NCBI GenBank assembly: GCA_029261035.1
Contig: JAJDCD010000025.1
Span: 2,926-66,925, forward strand
Direction: 5' to 3'
DNA length: 64,000 nt
From: Candidatus Omnitrophota bacterium
GTDB lineage: Bacteria > Omnitrophota > Omnitrophia > Omnitrophales > JACROU01
Below are positions 15,001 to 20,509 of the stretch, in pieces. Each line of letters begins with the position of its first letter. The stretch's first letter is position 1. The notes under the pieces were generated by a model. It saw nothing but the letters and a program-made list of their open reading frames with translations. It had not been told where the DNA came from and did not search any database. The translations under genes were made by a program, and so were the position numbers.

Positions 15001-18000
15001 CCACATTTAATGTAATCGTACTATCAATCATAAATGTAGAAAGATTAACTTTAAGTATACTTCCAGGAGAAGCTTGCGTTCCGAAATAAGCAAATTGATT
15101 AGCCTCATCAATAATGGCAGACTGAATATTATGTGAGCCACCCGCAGATAATGCTCCTACTCGAGTAAAGGTAGCTAAGTTTACTTTAACTATTTGAGAT
15201 GGATTTGGTGACTCAGTCGTAAAATAAGCAAACTGATTACCCACATCAATAATCGCTTCACTAATTTGATCTTCACCTGCACCCAATGTTAACGTTCCAA
15301 CTAAAGTAAAATCAGAAAGACGCACTTTAAGAACAACTCCAGGATCTGTATCTGTTCCAAAGTAAGCAAAGCCATTCGTTAAATCTATAGTAGAAGCTTG
15401 GATATTTTTATTTCCAGCATTTAATGTTATTGCTGAAACTCGAGTCATCGTACTTAGGTTAAACTTTACTACGATTCCTGGTTGTGTAGAAGTCCCTATA
15501 TAACCTAAAGAATTTGCATTATCAAGAATTAATCCACGCCCACTATTTTCACCTGCATTAAGTAGCAATCCAGAATCACGAGTAAACGTACTTAAGTTAA
15601 TTTTAACTAGATTAGTGGGTGAGGTGAATGTAGATGCATAAGCAAAAGAATCTGTATTATCAATAACAAGACCAAAAATTATGTTTTCCCCTGCATTTAA
15701 TGTTAACGCGGAGTCCCGAGTAAAAGTAGATAAGTTAACTTTAACTACGATTCCTGGCAGCGTTTGTGTTCCAGCATAAAGAAAAGAATCACTGCTATCA
15801 ATTGCCAACGTACGAGGAGAATTTTCACCTGTATTTAAGGTTAAAGCAGAAACTCGAGTAAAACTGGTTAAATTAATTTTAACAATCTTCCCAGGACTGG
15901 TGAGAATAGAAAAATAAGCGAAACTTCCTGTACTATCTATAACACCAGCTTGAGGTTGGTTTTCACCTGATTGAAGCTGAATTGCTGAAACAAATTGAAA
16001 GGTATTTAAATCAATCTTAGCTATAGAACCAGGAAACGTTCCACTAACACCTAAATAAGCAACTTGATTGGCTAAATCGACAACACTAGATGAAACAGCA
16101 AATAGGTTTAGCGGTGAACTTGGGAGTTCGAGACCATCCACTCGAGTAAAGGTATTTAAATCAACCTTAGCAAGCCACCCAGGTAAACCTCCTCCACCAA
16201 AATAAGCAAAACCATTGGGCACATCAATAAAAGCGGTACTCGCTCCCACTTCATCCAAGCCTAAAACGATAATACCCACTCGAGTAAAAGTAGACAAATT
16301 AACTTTAATCACAACCGCTGGAGACGTTCCGGTTCCAAAATAAATAAATCCATTAACTGTATCAATAACAGATGATGCGATCGTATCCTCTGGGATATTC
16401 CCATAAATTAAATCCGCTTTTTCAAAACCAGTTCCTTCTAATAGAAGATTATTGAAAGCACTTAAAGGACCTGCTGCCGTAATATCCACTGTACCTGAAC
16501 CTGTAAATTGAACTGTGTTTGGTGTGTTTGTTGTAGTGTCTAAAGTTCCAGTCCCCGTCAAAGGAGAACCTGTCCCTGTAATATTAAGCACCCCATTAGA
16601 CCCCATAACGAAAGATCCTGGATTATCAATATTCATTGTTTGGACAGTCGTTGTTCCTGAACCACCATTAACTGTTCCATTCGATTGGTTAAATGCACCG
16701 GATACCGTTAAGTCTCCAGAAAGGGTGAGTGTTCCTATATAAGCGGCTGTCATTGTTAATGAAAGAACACTAAAATTACCATCCATAGTTGAGTTTGCTG
16801 TAGAAGTTCCATCAAATACGATATCATCTCCAGCTCCAGGAGTAGCTCCCCCAAGACCAGACCAATTTGCTGTATTGGACCATAAATTATCTCCTCCTCC
16901 ATTAGTCCAGGTTCCTGTTGGGTCCCAGTTGTAGCTACCATCCCTATTGGTGGACTCCGTCATGATAATTTTATCTGGGCTTAAATTATGAGAATCTTCT
17001 ACCCAGGTGTAGGTAAGGTCTCTAATACCAGATGGATTTACATACCAGGTTCCCTCAGAGTCGTTGGATAGCAATCGGACATGACTGCCGTAAGAACCCT
17101 GAGTCTTCCAAGTCCCTGAAATAGTCTGAACCTCGTCCGATTCAAAATAGATGTACTTGTTTGGTGCTGTAACAGTAAAGTTATAAAATTGGTTACTCTG
17201 ATAAATCGTCGAACTTTGGCTCGAATCTACAAATTCGACGGTTGAGATGCCTGGCTCAAAATGACCCATATTATTCCAGTCTCCAGAAATCAGATAATGA
17301 GCATCTGATCCAGATAATGTGATTCCAGAATGAATCATCATGGACCCACCCACAGAAACAACAGAACCAGATTCTTGAGAATAAGTAATAGGATTAGAAA
17401 GAGTATTTAAAGACAAGTTACCAGAAGTCTCGATGTTACCTAATTGCATGGATTGGTTTGAGGTAAGATAGATGCCACCCGATCCAGAAGTGGCTGTCAA
17501 ATAATTAGCTTGTAGTATTACAGGGTCAGAAGAAGTACCAATAGAAGAGTTAGAAGCGGGTGGCCCGCGGATGTCAATGCTTCCGGCTATTAAAAGTGAA
17601 CTACCCATTTCAGCTCCTACGACAGACCCTTCAGAAAGGGTAAGAACAATATCTCCCGTTTGAGCATTTACCGTTCTAAGAAATATCTTTCCATTTCCAA
17701 CAACCCCATTTCCAATACTAAGACGTATAGGCGCTCCTGAAGAGTTCAGATCCGCACCTGGCATTTGGACAATATTACCTGTTCCTTCCATATCTGCATT
17801 GGCTTGGATGTCAATCACACCTGTGCCAAATGTAACCAATGGGGCTGCCAGAATAACATCCTCATTCGCAGACAAAAACATGGATCCATGGACTCCTATC
17901 GCTGAACTCTGAAGAATAACACTATTAGCCTCGTGAATATAAGACCCTTGAGATCCCACATTCAAACTTAGACTATCGGCATTAATTCCTACGGGGGAGC

Positions 18001-19525
18001 CAGAATCACCCACTCCCGTACTCGCAACTAAACTTACATGAGCACCCTCGACTACAGTAGAAGCAAGACCATCATCCACTAAAGCACCTGTTAACGATTC
18101 TATATATATGTCCCCTAAACTATGAATAGATCCTAAACTCGTATTGTCCTGCTCAACGATATAGACCCCACCCGAACCCGATCTCGCATTCAACAAACTG
18201 GACTGTACTTGAATAGGATTCTCAAGAGTTCCTACAGATGTGGTTCCTGTAGCTCCTGCATTCAGAGTCACAACTTCGGCTGTAATAAGAGAAACTCCTG
18301 GGGCTACTTCCAAAATACTTCCCAACTGAGATTCCAGCGTTATATCTCCATGACTCACCGTCATAGAAGATACTCTAATATTGTCACTCATCTGAATATC
18401 TAAATTCCCATGACTCACTCTAAGTTCTGCTGGAGCCGCCTGAATAAATTCACCTCCACCCGTCATTTCAACCATCCCTTGGAGATGAACATCAGACACT
18501 ATATATATATTCTCTACAGCGTTCACATCAATTTGTCCCTGAGTAGCTCCTACTTGAGCACTTGTATCGACATCACCTTCCATGTAAACATTCTCACCCT
18601 CCATCTTCACTTTACCACCATCGAGAGCATAGATTGTTCCAGAATGTGTAACATCCCCACCAACAGCAAGAAACTCAATAACTCCGTTTTCTTCTACGTA
18701 TGCGTTAGCTTTGATAACACCCTTCTGATTAACTAACATATCAAATACATCACTCACCTGATTAGCCGTCAAAATAACTTTTCCTCCATCAGCCTCTATA
18801 GTACCCACATTTTCTACAGCAGATTCTGTAGATGATGGTGCTGTATCTACATCAATTCCTTCATCAACAACAACACTGACTAAACTGCTTAACCCAGATG
18901 CTCCAAAACTAAGGGTCACTTTATTCCCACTAGCTAAAACCACATTCCCTTTTTCTGCTACAATCACACCTTCATTTGAAACTCGACTTCCAAAAAGACC
19001 TACAAGACCATCCTCAACCACCGAAATTTGCCCCTGATTGATAATCACCCCTGCTGGCAAATTGTTTTTATTCACGAAATTAAAATTACCTGCCATAAAA
19101 TCATCATTTGAGATATCCAAAGCAGAAGCAATTAAATTTCCAACATTAATTTGAGAGGTTGGATCAAATGTAATTCCATTTGGATTTACAATCATCACCG
19201 TTGCATTTGCATTGAGTGCTCCAGAAATAATACTCGCGCCTCCACCAGTAACTCGATTTAAAACTGAGGACGTATCAAAAGGCTGAAAAAAGTTAACCGT
19301 TTCGTTTGAAGCAACATTAAAATCGGTCCAAGAAATAACTGCTTGATGAGAGGTTGTAACATTTAAAGTGGCTGAATCAGGACGATCAAAACTAACACTT
19401 CCTTCTTCAACAGATTCACCGGTAGGCAAAGCATGAACAACAGAGATTGGAAGCAATAAAAGAAGTACCAATCCCATTAAAAACGTTGGTAGAAATTTTT
19501 TATTTCTCAATGTTTTATCAACCAT
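1..19525 (-). CDS. Giant secreted TpsA/filamentous-hemagglutinin-like exoprotein, partial: N-terminus at 19525, C-terminus beyond window start, at least 6,508 codons in window
   Basis: Hand translation of the reverse complement from the ATG at 19523-19525 gives MVDKTLRNKKFLPTFLMGLVLLLLLPISVVHALPTGESV, a signal peptide. The TPS domain follows: ...ISWTDFNVASNETVNFFQPFDTSSVLNRVTGGGASIISGALNANATVMIVNPNGITFDPTSQINVGNLIASALDISNDDF, with the NPNGI hallmark shared with ShlA/HpmA/FhaB. Further downstream are Gly/Thr/Ser/Asn-rich beta-helix repeats and PATR-like motifs (GTLALKGNLNNSGTFNPGSGTFQLTG). The ORF track lists no M-to-stop pieces in this minus frame between 1 and 19525, which fits one continuous frame with no stop inside the window. 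Confidence 0.8.
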   Translation of the reverse strand, partial: MVDKTLRNKKFLPTFLMGLVLLLLLPISVVHALPTGESVEEGSVSFDRPDSATLNVTTSHQAVISWTDFNVASNETVNFFQPFDTSSVLNRVTGGGASIISGALNANATVMIVNPNGITFDPTSQINVGNLIASALDISNDDFMAGNFNFVNKNNLPAGVIINQGQISVVEDGLVGLFGSRVSNEGVIVAEKGNVVLASGNKVTLSFGASGLSSLVSVVVDEGIDVDTAPSSTESAVENVGTIEADGGKVILTANQVSDVFDMLVNQKGVIKANAYVEENGVIEFLAVGGDVTHSGTIYALDGGKVKMEGENVYMEGDVDTSAQVGATQGQIDVNAVENIYIVSDVHLQGMVEMTGGGEFIQAAPAELRVSHGNLDIQMSDNIRVSSMTVSHGDITLESQLGSILEVAPGVSLITAEVVTLNAGATGTTSVGTLENPIQVQSSLLNARSGSGGVYIVEQDNTSLGSIHSLGDIYIESLTGALVDDGLASTVVEGAHVSLVASTGVGDSGSPVGINADSLSLNVGSQGSYIHEANSVILQSSAIGVHGSMFLSANEDVILAAPLVTFGTGVIDIQANADMEGTGNIVQMPGADLNSSGAPIRLSIGNGVVGNGKIFLRTVNAQTGDIVLTLSEGSVVGAEMGSSLLIAGSIDIRGPPASNSSIGTSSDPVILQANYLTATSGSGGIYLTSNQSMQLGNIETSGNLSLNTLSNPITYSQESGSVVSVGGSMMIHSGITLSGSDAHYLISGDWNNMGHFEPGISTVEFVDSSQSSTIYQSNQFYNFTVTAPNKYIYFESDEVQTISGTWKTQGSYGSHVRLLSNDSEGTWYVNPSGIRDLTYTWVEDSHNLSPDKIIMTESTNRDGSYNWDPTGTWTNGGGDNLWSNTANWSGLGGATPGAGDDIVFDGTSTANSTMDGNFSVLSLTMTAAYIGTLTLSGDLTVSGAFNQSNGTVNGGSGTTTVQTMNIDNPGSFVMGSNGVLNITGTGSPLTGTGTLDTTTNTPNTVQFTGSGTVDITAAGPLSAFNNLLLEGTGFEKADLIYGNIPEDTIASSVIDTVNGFIYFGTGTSPAVVIKVNLSTFTRVGIIVLGLDEVGASTAFIDVPNGFAYFGGGGLPGWLAKVDLNTFTRVDGLELPSSPLNLFAVSSSVVDLANQVAYLGVSGTFPGSIAKIDLNTFQFVSAIQLQSGENQPQAGVIDSTGSFAYFSILTSPGKIVKINLTSFTRVSALTLNTGENSPRTLAIDSSDSFLYAGTQTLPGIVVKVNLSTFTRDSALTLNAGENIIFGLVIDNTDSFAYASTFTSPTNLVKINLSTFTRDSGLLLNAGENSGRGLILDNANSLGYIGTSTQPGIVVKFNLSTMTRVSAITLNAGNKNIQASTIDLTNGFAYFGTDTDPGVVLKVRLSDFTLVGTLTLGAGEDQISEAIIDVGNQFAYFTTESPNPSQIVKVNLATFTRVGALSAGGSHNIQSAIIDEANQFAYFGTQASPGSILKVNLSTFMIDSTITLNVGENQFRNAEIDTVNGFAYFFGQANPSVVVKINLSTFTRDSAITLTSGHNQVRSSAIDTTNGFLYTAAQSSSPGKLAKIDLSTFTQVDELTLNFGGDENNPHSFVIDVASGFGYVGMNSGGANIVKVQLSDLTRVGAINLQSSEQFLQTAEIDVANGVAYFGSYSNIAKIIKVDLGTKEIRLGTAGGQTLTVNGNLTVGAGMNVTATNFNPNITINGDLNINAGGSFTASNSGTLALKGNLNNSGTFNPGSGTFQLTGASSQTLEVGGSTFNNLIYAGTSTLQLAGALNLNGNLTISSGTFNVNNQTVTMVGSFNNLGIVNTTSGNISITAFSIVPGTINAGAGTLTLSSTGGSLTGGVSTSLTASNIVLTTAGGGVGTVGTVLNTTASNLEVGSATSGIFISNTGQLTIGGIGATTGVSTTGGDIQIVASSPLNVTETVSGPGAITLEAVNDGGDDDHLTISSAASVTSTTGGTISLLAGDDVIINTTGSITTSGGLVRITANNGGTAQEDGVVTQTNGVISASTLVIRSAGTADLDNNIDNTVGTLAGVVTKLGAFFRFRNNANLNIGTVDGVNGVLATANVGVFANGDLQVLDTAATNDVEATTGNVQLEAFLSNRTLTIAGNLRAATNITYNADRMSLIGTTTSTAGIASLLSPTGSLQVNLGGADALGVLGLTDAELDTITVATRIQIDSANSGTITISDNINPANASALRIGGSADIVRSGAFTITVESLEIDVDDGIGLSGTPILTAVSNFSATTDTVGVFVSNTGALTLSTVAFETGITVNTSGDIAIAASSPLTVNSAISVAGAINLTATGDGGGDDHLTIAANVASTGGGTIELFAGDNVIINSGTVSTSGLIRITADNGGGGGIGGVSQTGGAVQGGSIVARAAQNISLFQTSNDADDFAAVSTFDGIITFRDSDDLTITTVDGVSGITAVGNSSIQVDADGNLSVLQALNSPGTGDIFLTAATGTSALTVSALLDAGNGSVFLTAVDGITLTNAGADVTASGGVFTADADSNDDATGDFTLDDAGAAITLSNNNVTITAADVSLTGTISVGSGNVILQPSTDTRTIAVADGAAGDFSLSTADLTTQITASGTLTIGISTGTGAVDIQAINFSTEFYDVVIRGGLIEVGPVSLEIITLGTDQFLQLISTANIAGVGYVALGQSGGVLFDAVTGVASGVQFPSNIFTESVAARTTTSGNVSISTPTSTGDIEIGSVGGVDGVSVVGGGTLTISQNGASQDVFINQPLTTDGGQITINSRTDITFNGASADVTTSGALSLLSDSDFNGTGNFNQNNAGSIISASGGILIRADDVTISGTITADAADITVTASISGIGYGLGSIQFNSVNLSQAELDVFATTGTLIIGNGGFAANILLGDVDLSGEDYNLTVRGTSGTINEVILNTDKILTIDMDSTGTGIVDGNGPLNNVQIAGSNGLLVIDNTTKFGTEADRIETQIQRIIGRTQIAGNTISIDNTGDLTIIADPGGLGFSGLSSSGGLHVTTSGNLTIEAAANGGNDALGVSLVATSGNLNINASVSYFNSSTGDLILTAGTDIIVGNSALIQASGPLSTQITATAGVFTMGAGTRISHTSTSDEALTISAGGNVTIAEIDEGSTNADVHLVSIGGSIGIIAGEGGVSSSDGTSNMSFTANNGITISDVVSTTDAGNLTFDADSDNNGVGSFVLDPTGSLSSQTGDSTIISDTITLNSTLSFTSGNVTLEPSTTGGTIGLGGGTGDLTFSEVQLDQITATSLTIGNTGTADLRVDSLVLSNVSTLNLVSGAGVVEEGAGDGTVDLTVTNLSMNTATTVNVDVNVTNIAIANTGSGGIDITDTAGGMIVDTVSGTIGVLTNGGGISIVTLSPLTITKDVVDTGGGNIVLTASGTAATDDLTIQANVTASGGNGSITFNAGDAITLSVAGTTSTVGTGDITMNAGTGVSTAIVNITRPVTAVNGNISINSPNGSSMNSGLADISTTGTGTITFDVDSDNSGAGAFSALTSGATITSNNTTITLIAARIDNFNLVINSGSGDVNFEPSVGNIGVALSGGSGNFNLDTGELTTLLASTGTVTIGVAAGSGGGDIRDTNLSSEGYDLVVRAGNTNLHLVTMATNKNFSLISAGSISDSNGVINNVAISGTGILLLDGESSIGSLDAIETDVPTLAARVMAAGGDLNIVEVDDLVIGSLGGVNGVSVNNADIQIDATGTITVGQNVTAGTGTVTLQSSGGTDIIEVSTGITISGSGGVSLTTDTFNLNGTASVNGGSGGVTYSADDMAISTSSTTLATGGIAILDANSTSRDITLGSSGSTLALSDAEIDTITADILRITGNQSIDINLAITPANVSTLSLSSGSGGITRSGSGSFVVTNLAVAAISSNNIDLDTSSNNVAVFAASLGGTLTYRDTDNYAIGIVDGVTGISSGGSGAVANLESQTGVITQNAGAVITVDDLSISSFGATLQEDNDIDTLATSIFTGGLTFKDTNSLTVDTVNSINGISAEGVTIDLDTGTLTVSQDLNGRAGAINISFPIGAPTSTITVDSLMEITNTIGSDDITIVADDYNLNGLPSIRSDGKITIRPSSVDGSVALGNTFGGDVSFDNTKASRLSAPTVSFESQGTGNIIINNDFSSPAATLVLVSGGQITQSSSTILTATNLRATAVTSVNLTEATLDENQIGTIAGNVTGASGQFRFDDNNFITIGTVDGVSGITTNNGNITINSFLGTITVNEDINAGTGTVFIRSQAGSNGTINTTATKTITGGGGVSYIADIMSLAANTVATTPGAIVEITPTTGTRDISLGLEQAGELSLDNSELSTITTPILRIGSVFHPINITVRGAISPPNVDVLSLINTSGHSVTQTAGSTVTVDALRITTDNTVAFTEANDVDALAAEINDPNNSFSFTDSDGFTVGIVDGEAGIVVSGTANLDLTSTTGTIATTFAIAIGSGDMTITADGLALGGNLSGTGALVLQPASAGTSIGINDGGVATFNLTTAEIAFLQDGFLSITIGRSDGTHAITYGSFSVSDPFLLRAPVSGGSITGNAAITSSDDASITLTSDGTINLNNSITTDEADIVINANVQLPASTFVILSMGGGATDGNITINGTINGGASAGLTLSAGTNTGVITLNGVIGASTAPGQLNITSSSVTNLTDSITTSGSMFITAAAANVSAGTYTSESGTIDFSGMVTLLGNAVFDAGSTSAGSVVFDQTIDGAFDLTVNLNSNSDVEFKGEIGGTTPLASLTVNNADNVRMFGGTVGSPTSINVETTGNQTIDSDTFDIYAAVTTSGGNVDYTAPGIGGIHLEGAVSFTTGGGDVIFRDQISGLEDITITAGTGNVEFQGNFTINSLNVISANEVDFQGFSTFTGNPTVTATTIILPTTILSSTTNATYTYNGNITLVGPTTFSDIGSGTYYNVVINGDINGASNLTFTNGPGADVTITGNIGNVTPIGALSFNSLHNDVTINGNVTTTDNINLGSVQGTIIVTGDFETTGLFDTQLYRSPTAVQLSGNFTSNFGDISVDGAGAITLVGNTTFDLTGGSGDLTLSQPINGAFSLDISNGSSVQLLGAVGGTTPLTSVTVSTSSFSNVGGVITTGAQSYTATGFAVSFNGGTVQTTNSNITMNSGSLNILLDGVLTITTGAGGGDIDFQDVIGGSSTSLTINAGTGTVTFAGNVTSTGLQNITGSTINLNGSHDTNSGAITLTGAVVLGASTTLDSDNFTGGADITIAGTIDGAQSLTIDAGGSSNVDFQGEIGGTTPVGAISFSFNGANNVDFGADVTAASIDTGFSVNQVTFSGDVTTTGTQSYFADTNRFNTGTFSTSDSDITSFGSLVLLGNVTFDTGSGAGDIGFDGTIDGAFDLTLDSGTGDISLNGVVGGSTPLAAVNVVDASAVSVNANLDAASFTITSATTATFTSDTTTTGVQSITATTINPGSSHSTTNSNITLTGTVVLLRDSTFNTNTGIGNVHFTSTIDGFRALTVTAGTGNVQFDGAVGGITPLEALVISSANNIDFNGAVDVDQSPAGLGRVLTQLFGTAFEESGFDIFIDASDNIYLTGFTDGDLNGETNSGGIDAFTIKMNSSGVVQWTRLLGDGSYTAAYSVVANAAGDVYIGGLTDVDLPMSNGFPGEDSEVAMIAKYNSSGTLQWTRLINGLDGTVEYGFADAIDLDSSGNVYVVGTTYDDDDFFGFGIAASYTSAGVERFVANYSGASTEDVSLLDLVIDSNDRVFSVGYSDNDIGGQTGSGGYDLLLVEINNSTGALVWTILDGNGSDVGGYAITLDASEDIYVTGYADDDFNGQTASGGSADTLIMKYLVQASPTPPTLDFTTLFGDGTEFYQGVDIKVVGASLFVLTNIDAANSHLLLTEHALTGGAPVESVILGDTDSSSIFGQIGVQSTGEIYVIGQSNGDFDGVTGLGITDIIFTEFGQVPASGGAISITHTGTLTVPVGSTLGAEGGFTESGGPVSLSANIDTGNENSSFSGDVTLGDNVAVNTETGTIIFSGNLIVGTNTLTLTGDGINFTGGANSVTGTGALILQPASTSTSIGIGGAAGTLQLSTADITALQDGFSSITIGRSDGSGTITMDATSFNDPITIRSPQPGGSIIIDGQLTSTGAVTIDGPGATTVLNADIVTSGVAITISDSVELGEGLSISLDTTNSGGSPAGANITITGTTDGTAGGSAENLHVYGGTTGNVTLGGAVGGTTALGNLTFTSAVLATLQAGATTINGTLSIGSNTVVSIEGQSLTANVLDNSGTFRLQGGETVSITTYDTNSGTTEFVGTNGGTTHNINNVSTAYNDLLINDANGTEDTFTSTVALDVNGDLTLTDGIFTSPSSTLNVGGDFTHGTNATFNHNNGEVILDGTLQTITPLPSGNTTFFDLTNDDSATGDTLTFAANNGTVVIANDLLLHGQNAANRLLLVSDNPGTQWRIDPQGTRNILAVSVTDSNNINATAIQATDAASTNGGNNTNWLFVGDITGTLLDSIGGTGVAGKTIAL
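14470..16430 (-). repeat. Array of about 14 tandem 138-bp (46-aa) coding repeats inside the giant gene. Consensus roughly IDxxNGFAYFGTxTxPGxVVKVNLSTFTRVxALTLNxGENxx; probable beta-propeller or beta-sandwich blades
   Basis: DNA-level periodicity of about 138 bp. On the plus strand the motif ctcgagtaaa.gta...ttaa.tttaac recurs near 14600, 14750, 14890, 15030, 15170, 15300, 15435, 15575, 15710, 15850, 15990, 16140 and 16275. The translation shows the repeated FAYFGT...PG.VVKVNLSTFTR...GEN units. Confidence 0.7.
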
Positions 19526-20090
19526 GAATTTGCCCTTTGTAGTTTTAGTAGCTACAAATTAGTTACATAATAAATATAACATATTAAAAGTATTTAAAAC
19601 TATTGCATCTAATTAATAACACCTCCTCATAAGCTAAAACCCCCTATAATTACAAGGGGTTACACTCCATGTAAAAGAGAGAAAAAAGTGTACAAATACC
19701 CCCTATATTGCCTAACTCTCAATTGGAATCACTTTTTTGAAGAAATTTGTAATACCTTAAAAGAGAAGATAAATAGATGAAGAAAATAAGAAAAAATGAG
19801 AGAAAAATTCAAAGGAATAGAGTAAGAATTAAATCTTAAGTTTAAACACTAAACTTAAAACTAAAACAAAAAAATAAGAAAAAAGCAGCAAAAAAAACTA
19901 AAAAATTAAGCCCTTTTTTTTAATAAACACACACAATTAAGTTCAAAACTCTTACTCAAAAGAACATAAGAGTCCCCTCATTTTTAAATAAACTTTTAAG
20001 AGAAAAAAAGAATTAAATGATGAAGAAAAAAAGAACAATTTCTGAAGATATTTTGAATAAATTTAGGAGAATTTTTCGTTAAATGAACTT
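19526..20090 (-). promoter_or_regulatory. AT-rich upstream region of the giant gene, about 560 bp with A-tracts; presumed promoter/regulatory region. A perfect 8-bp-arm palindrome gtacatgg-c-ccatgtac lies just upstream of it at 20095..20111
   Basis: No ORF of 60 aa or more here. Long A-runs (aaaaaaataagaaaaaagcagcaaaaaaaactaaaaaatt). A possible SD (aaaggg) sits 8 nt before the ATG. Confidence 0.3.
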
Positions 20091-20104
20091 CAAAGTACAT
20101 GGCC

Positions 20105-20146
20105 CATGTACCAGACTAAACACTTCGCTACGCTTCGTAGTCGGTG
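20105..20146 (-). repeat. Conserved tRNA-trailer element, copy 1, 3' of tRNA-Tyr. Consensus on the minus strand: ACCGAC..CGAA...GAAGT....T.TGGTCTGGT(A/T)CATGG
   Basis: Similar to 20355..20397, which sits 3' of tRNA-Gly: catgtaccagactaaacacttcgctacgcttcgtagtcggtg versus ccatgaaccagaccaaatattttacttcatttcgcggtcggta. Confidence 0.4.
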
Positions 20147-20245
20147 CAAGGCTCACCACGCATATTTTAATATTAAAGGTTTATTTGGCTTGCCATGCAC
20201 CTAGCTGTGAACCGTTTTTTCAGCGTTCACGTTTAGCATGGTGCG

Positions 20246-20330
20246 TGGTGGGGAGAGCAGGATTCGAACCTACGAAGGCGAAGCCAGCAGATTTACAGTC
20301 TGCCCCAGTTGGCCGCTTTGGTATCTCCCC
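20246..20330 (-). tRNA. tRNA-Tyr (anticodon GTA), long variable arm, CCA encoded
   Basis: Reverse complement: GGGGAGATACCAAAGCGGCCAACTGGGGCAGACTGTAAATCTGCTGGCTTCGCCTTCGTAGGTTCGAATCCTGCTCTCCCCACCA. It gives a cloverleaf with anticodon loop CTGTAAA and closely resembles bacterial tRNA-Tyr. Confidence 0.85.
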
Positions 20331-20354
20331 AAAAGTATTATTTTGATATTTACC

Positions 20355-20397
20355 CCATGAACCAGACCAAATATTTTACTTCATTTCGCGGTCGGTA
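20355..20397 (-). repeat. Conserved tRNA-trailer element, copy 2, 3' of tRNA-Gly
   Basis: See copy 1 at 20105..20146. Confidence 0.4.
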
Positions 20398-20435
20398 ACA
20401 GAGTCGCTTTTCTTTAATGAATATTAAAGAAAAAA

Positions 20436-20509
20436 TGGAGCGGGTGAAGGGGATCGAACCCTCATGACTAGCTTGGAAGGCTAGGGCTCTACCATTGAGC
20501 TACACCCGC
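20436..20509 (-). tRNA. tRNA-Gly (anticodon TCC), CCA encoded
   Basis: Reverse complement: GCGGGTGTAGCTCAATGGTAGAGCCCTAGCCTTCCAAGCTAGTCATGAGGGTTCGATCCCCTTCACCCGCTCCA, with anticodon loop CTTCCAA. Confidence 0.85.

Noticed and set aside
14470-16430. Possible CRISPR array, because of regularly spaced direct repeats
   Set aside because: The repeat unit is 138 bp with no unique spacers. It is in-frame coding sequence of the giant gene. No cas genes are in the window.
990-16742. About 35 plus-strand ORFs of 60 to 160 aa listed by the six-frame track across the first 17 kb, with Thr/Val/Pro/Ser-rich translations
   Set aside because: All lie antisense to the single giant minus-strand gene. Their composition is the mirror of a Gly/Thr/Asn/Ser-rich beta-helix protein. 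None has an RBS or a recognisable domain. They are shadow ORFs.
20083-20346. 87-aa plus-strand ORF
   Set aside because: It overlaps tRNA-Tyr on the opposite strand and the tRNA trailer. No coding signal.
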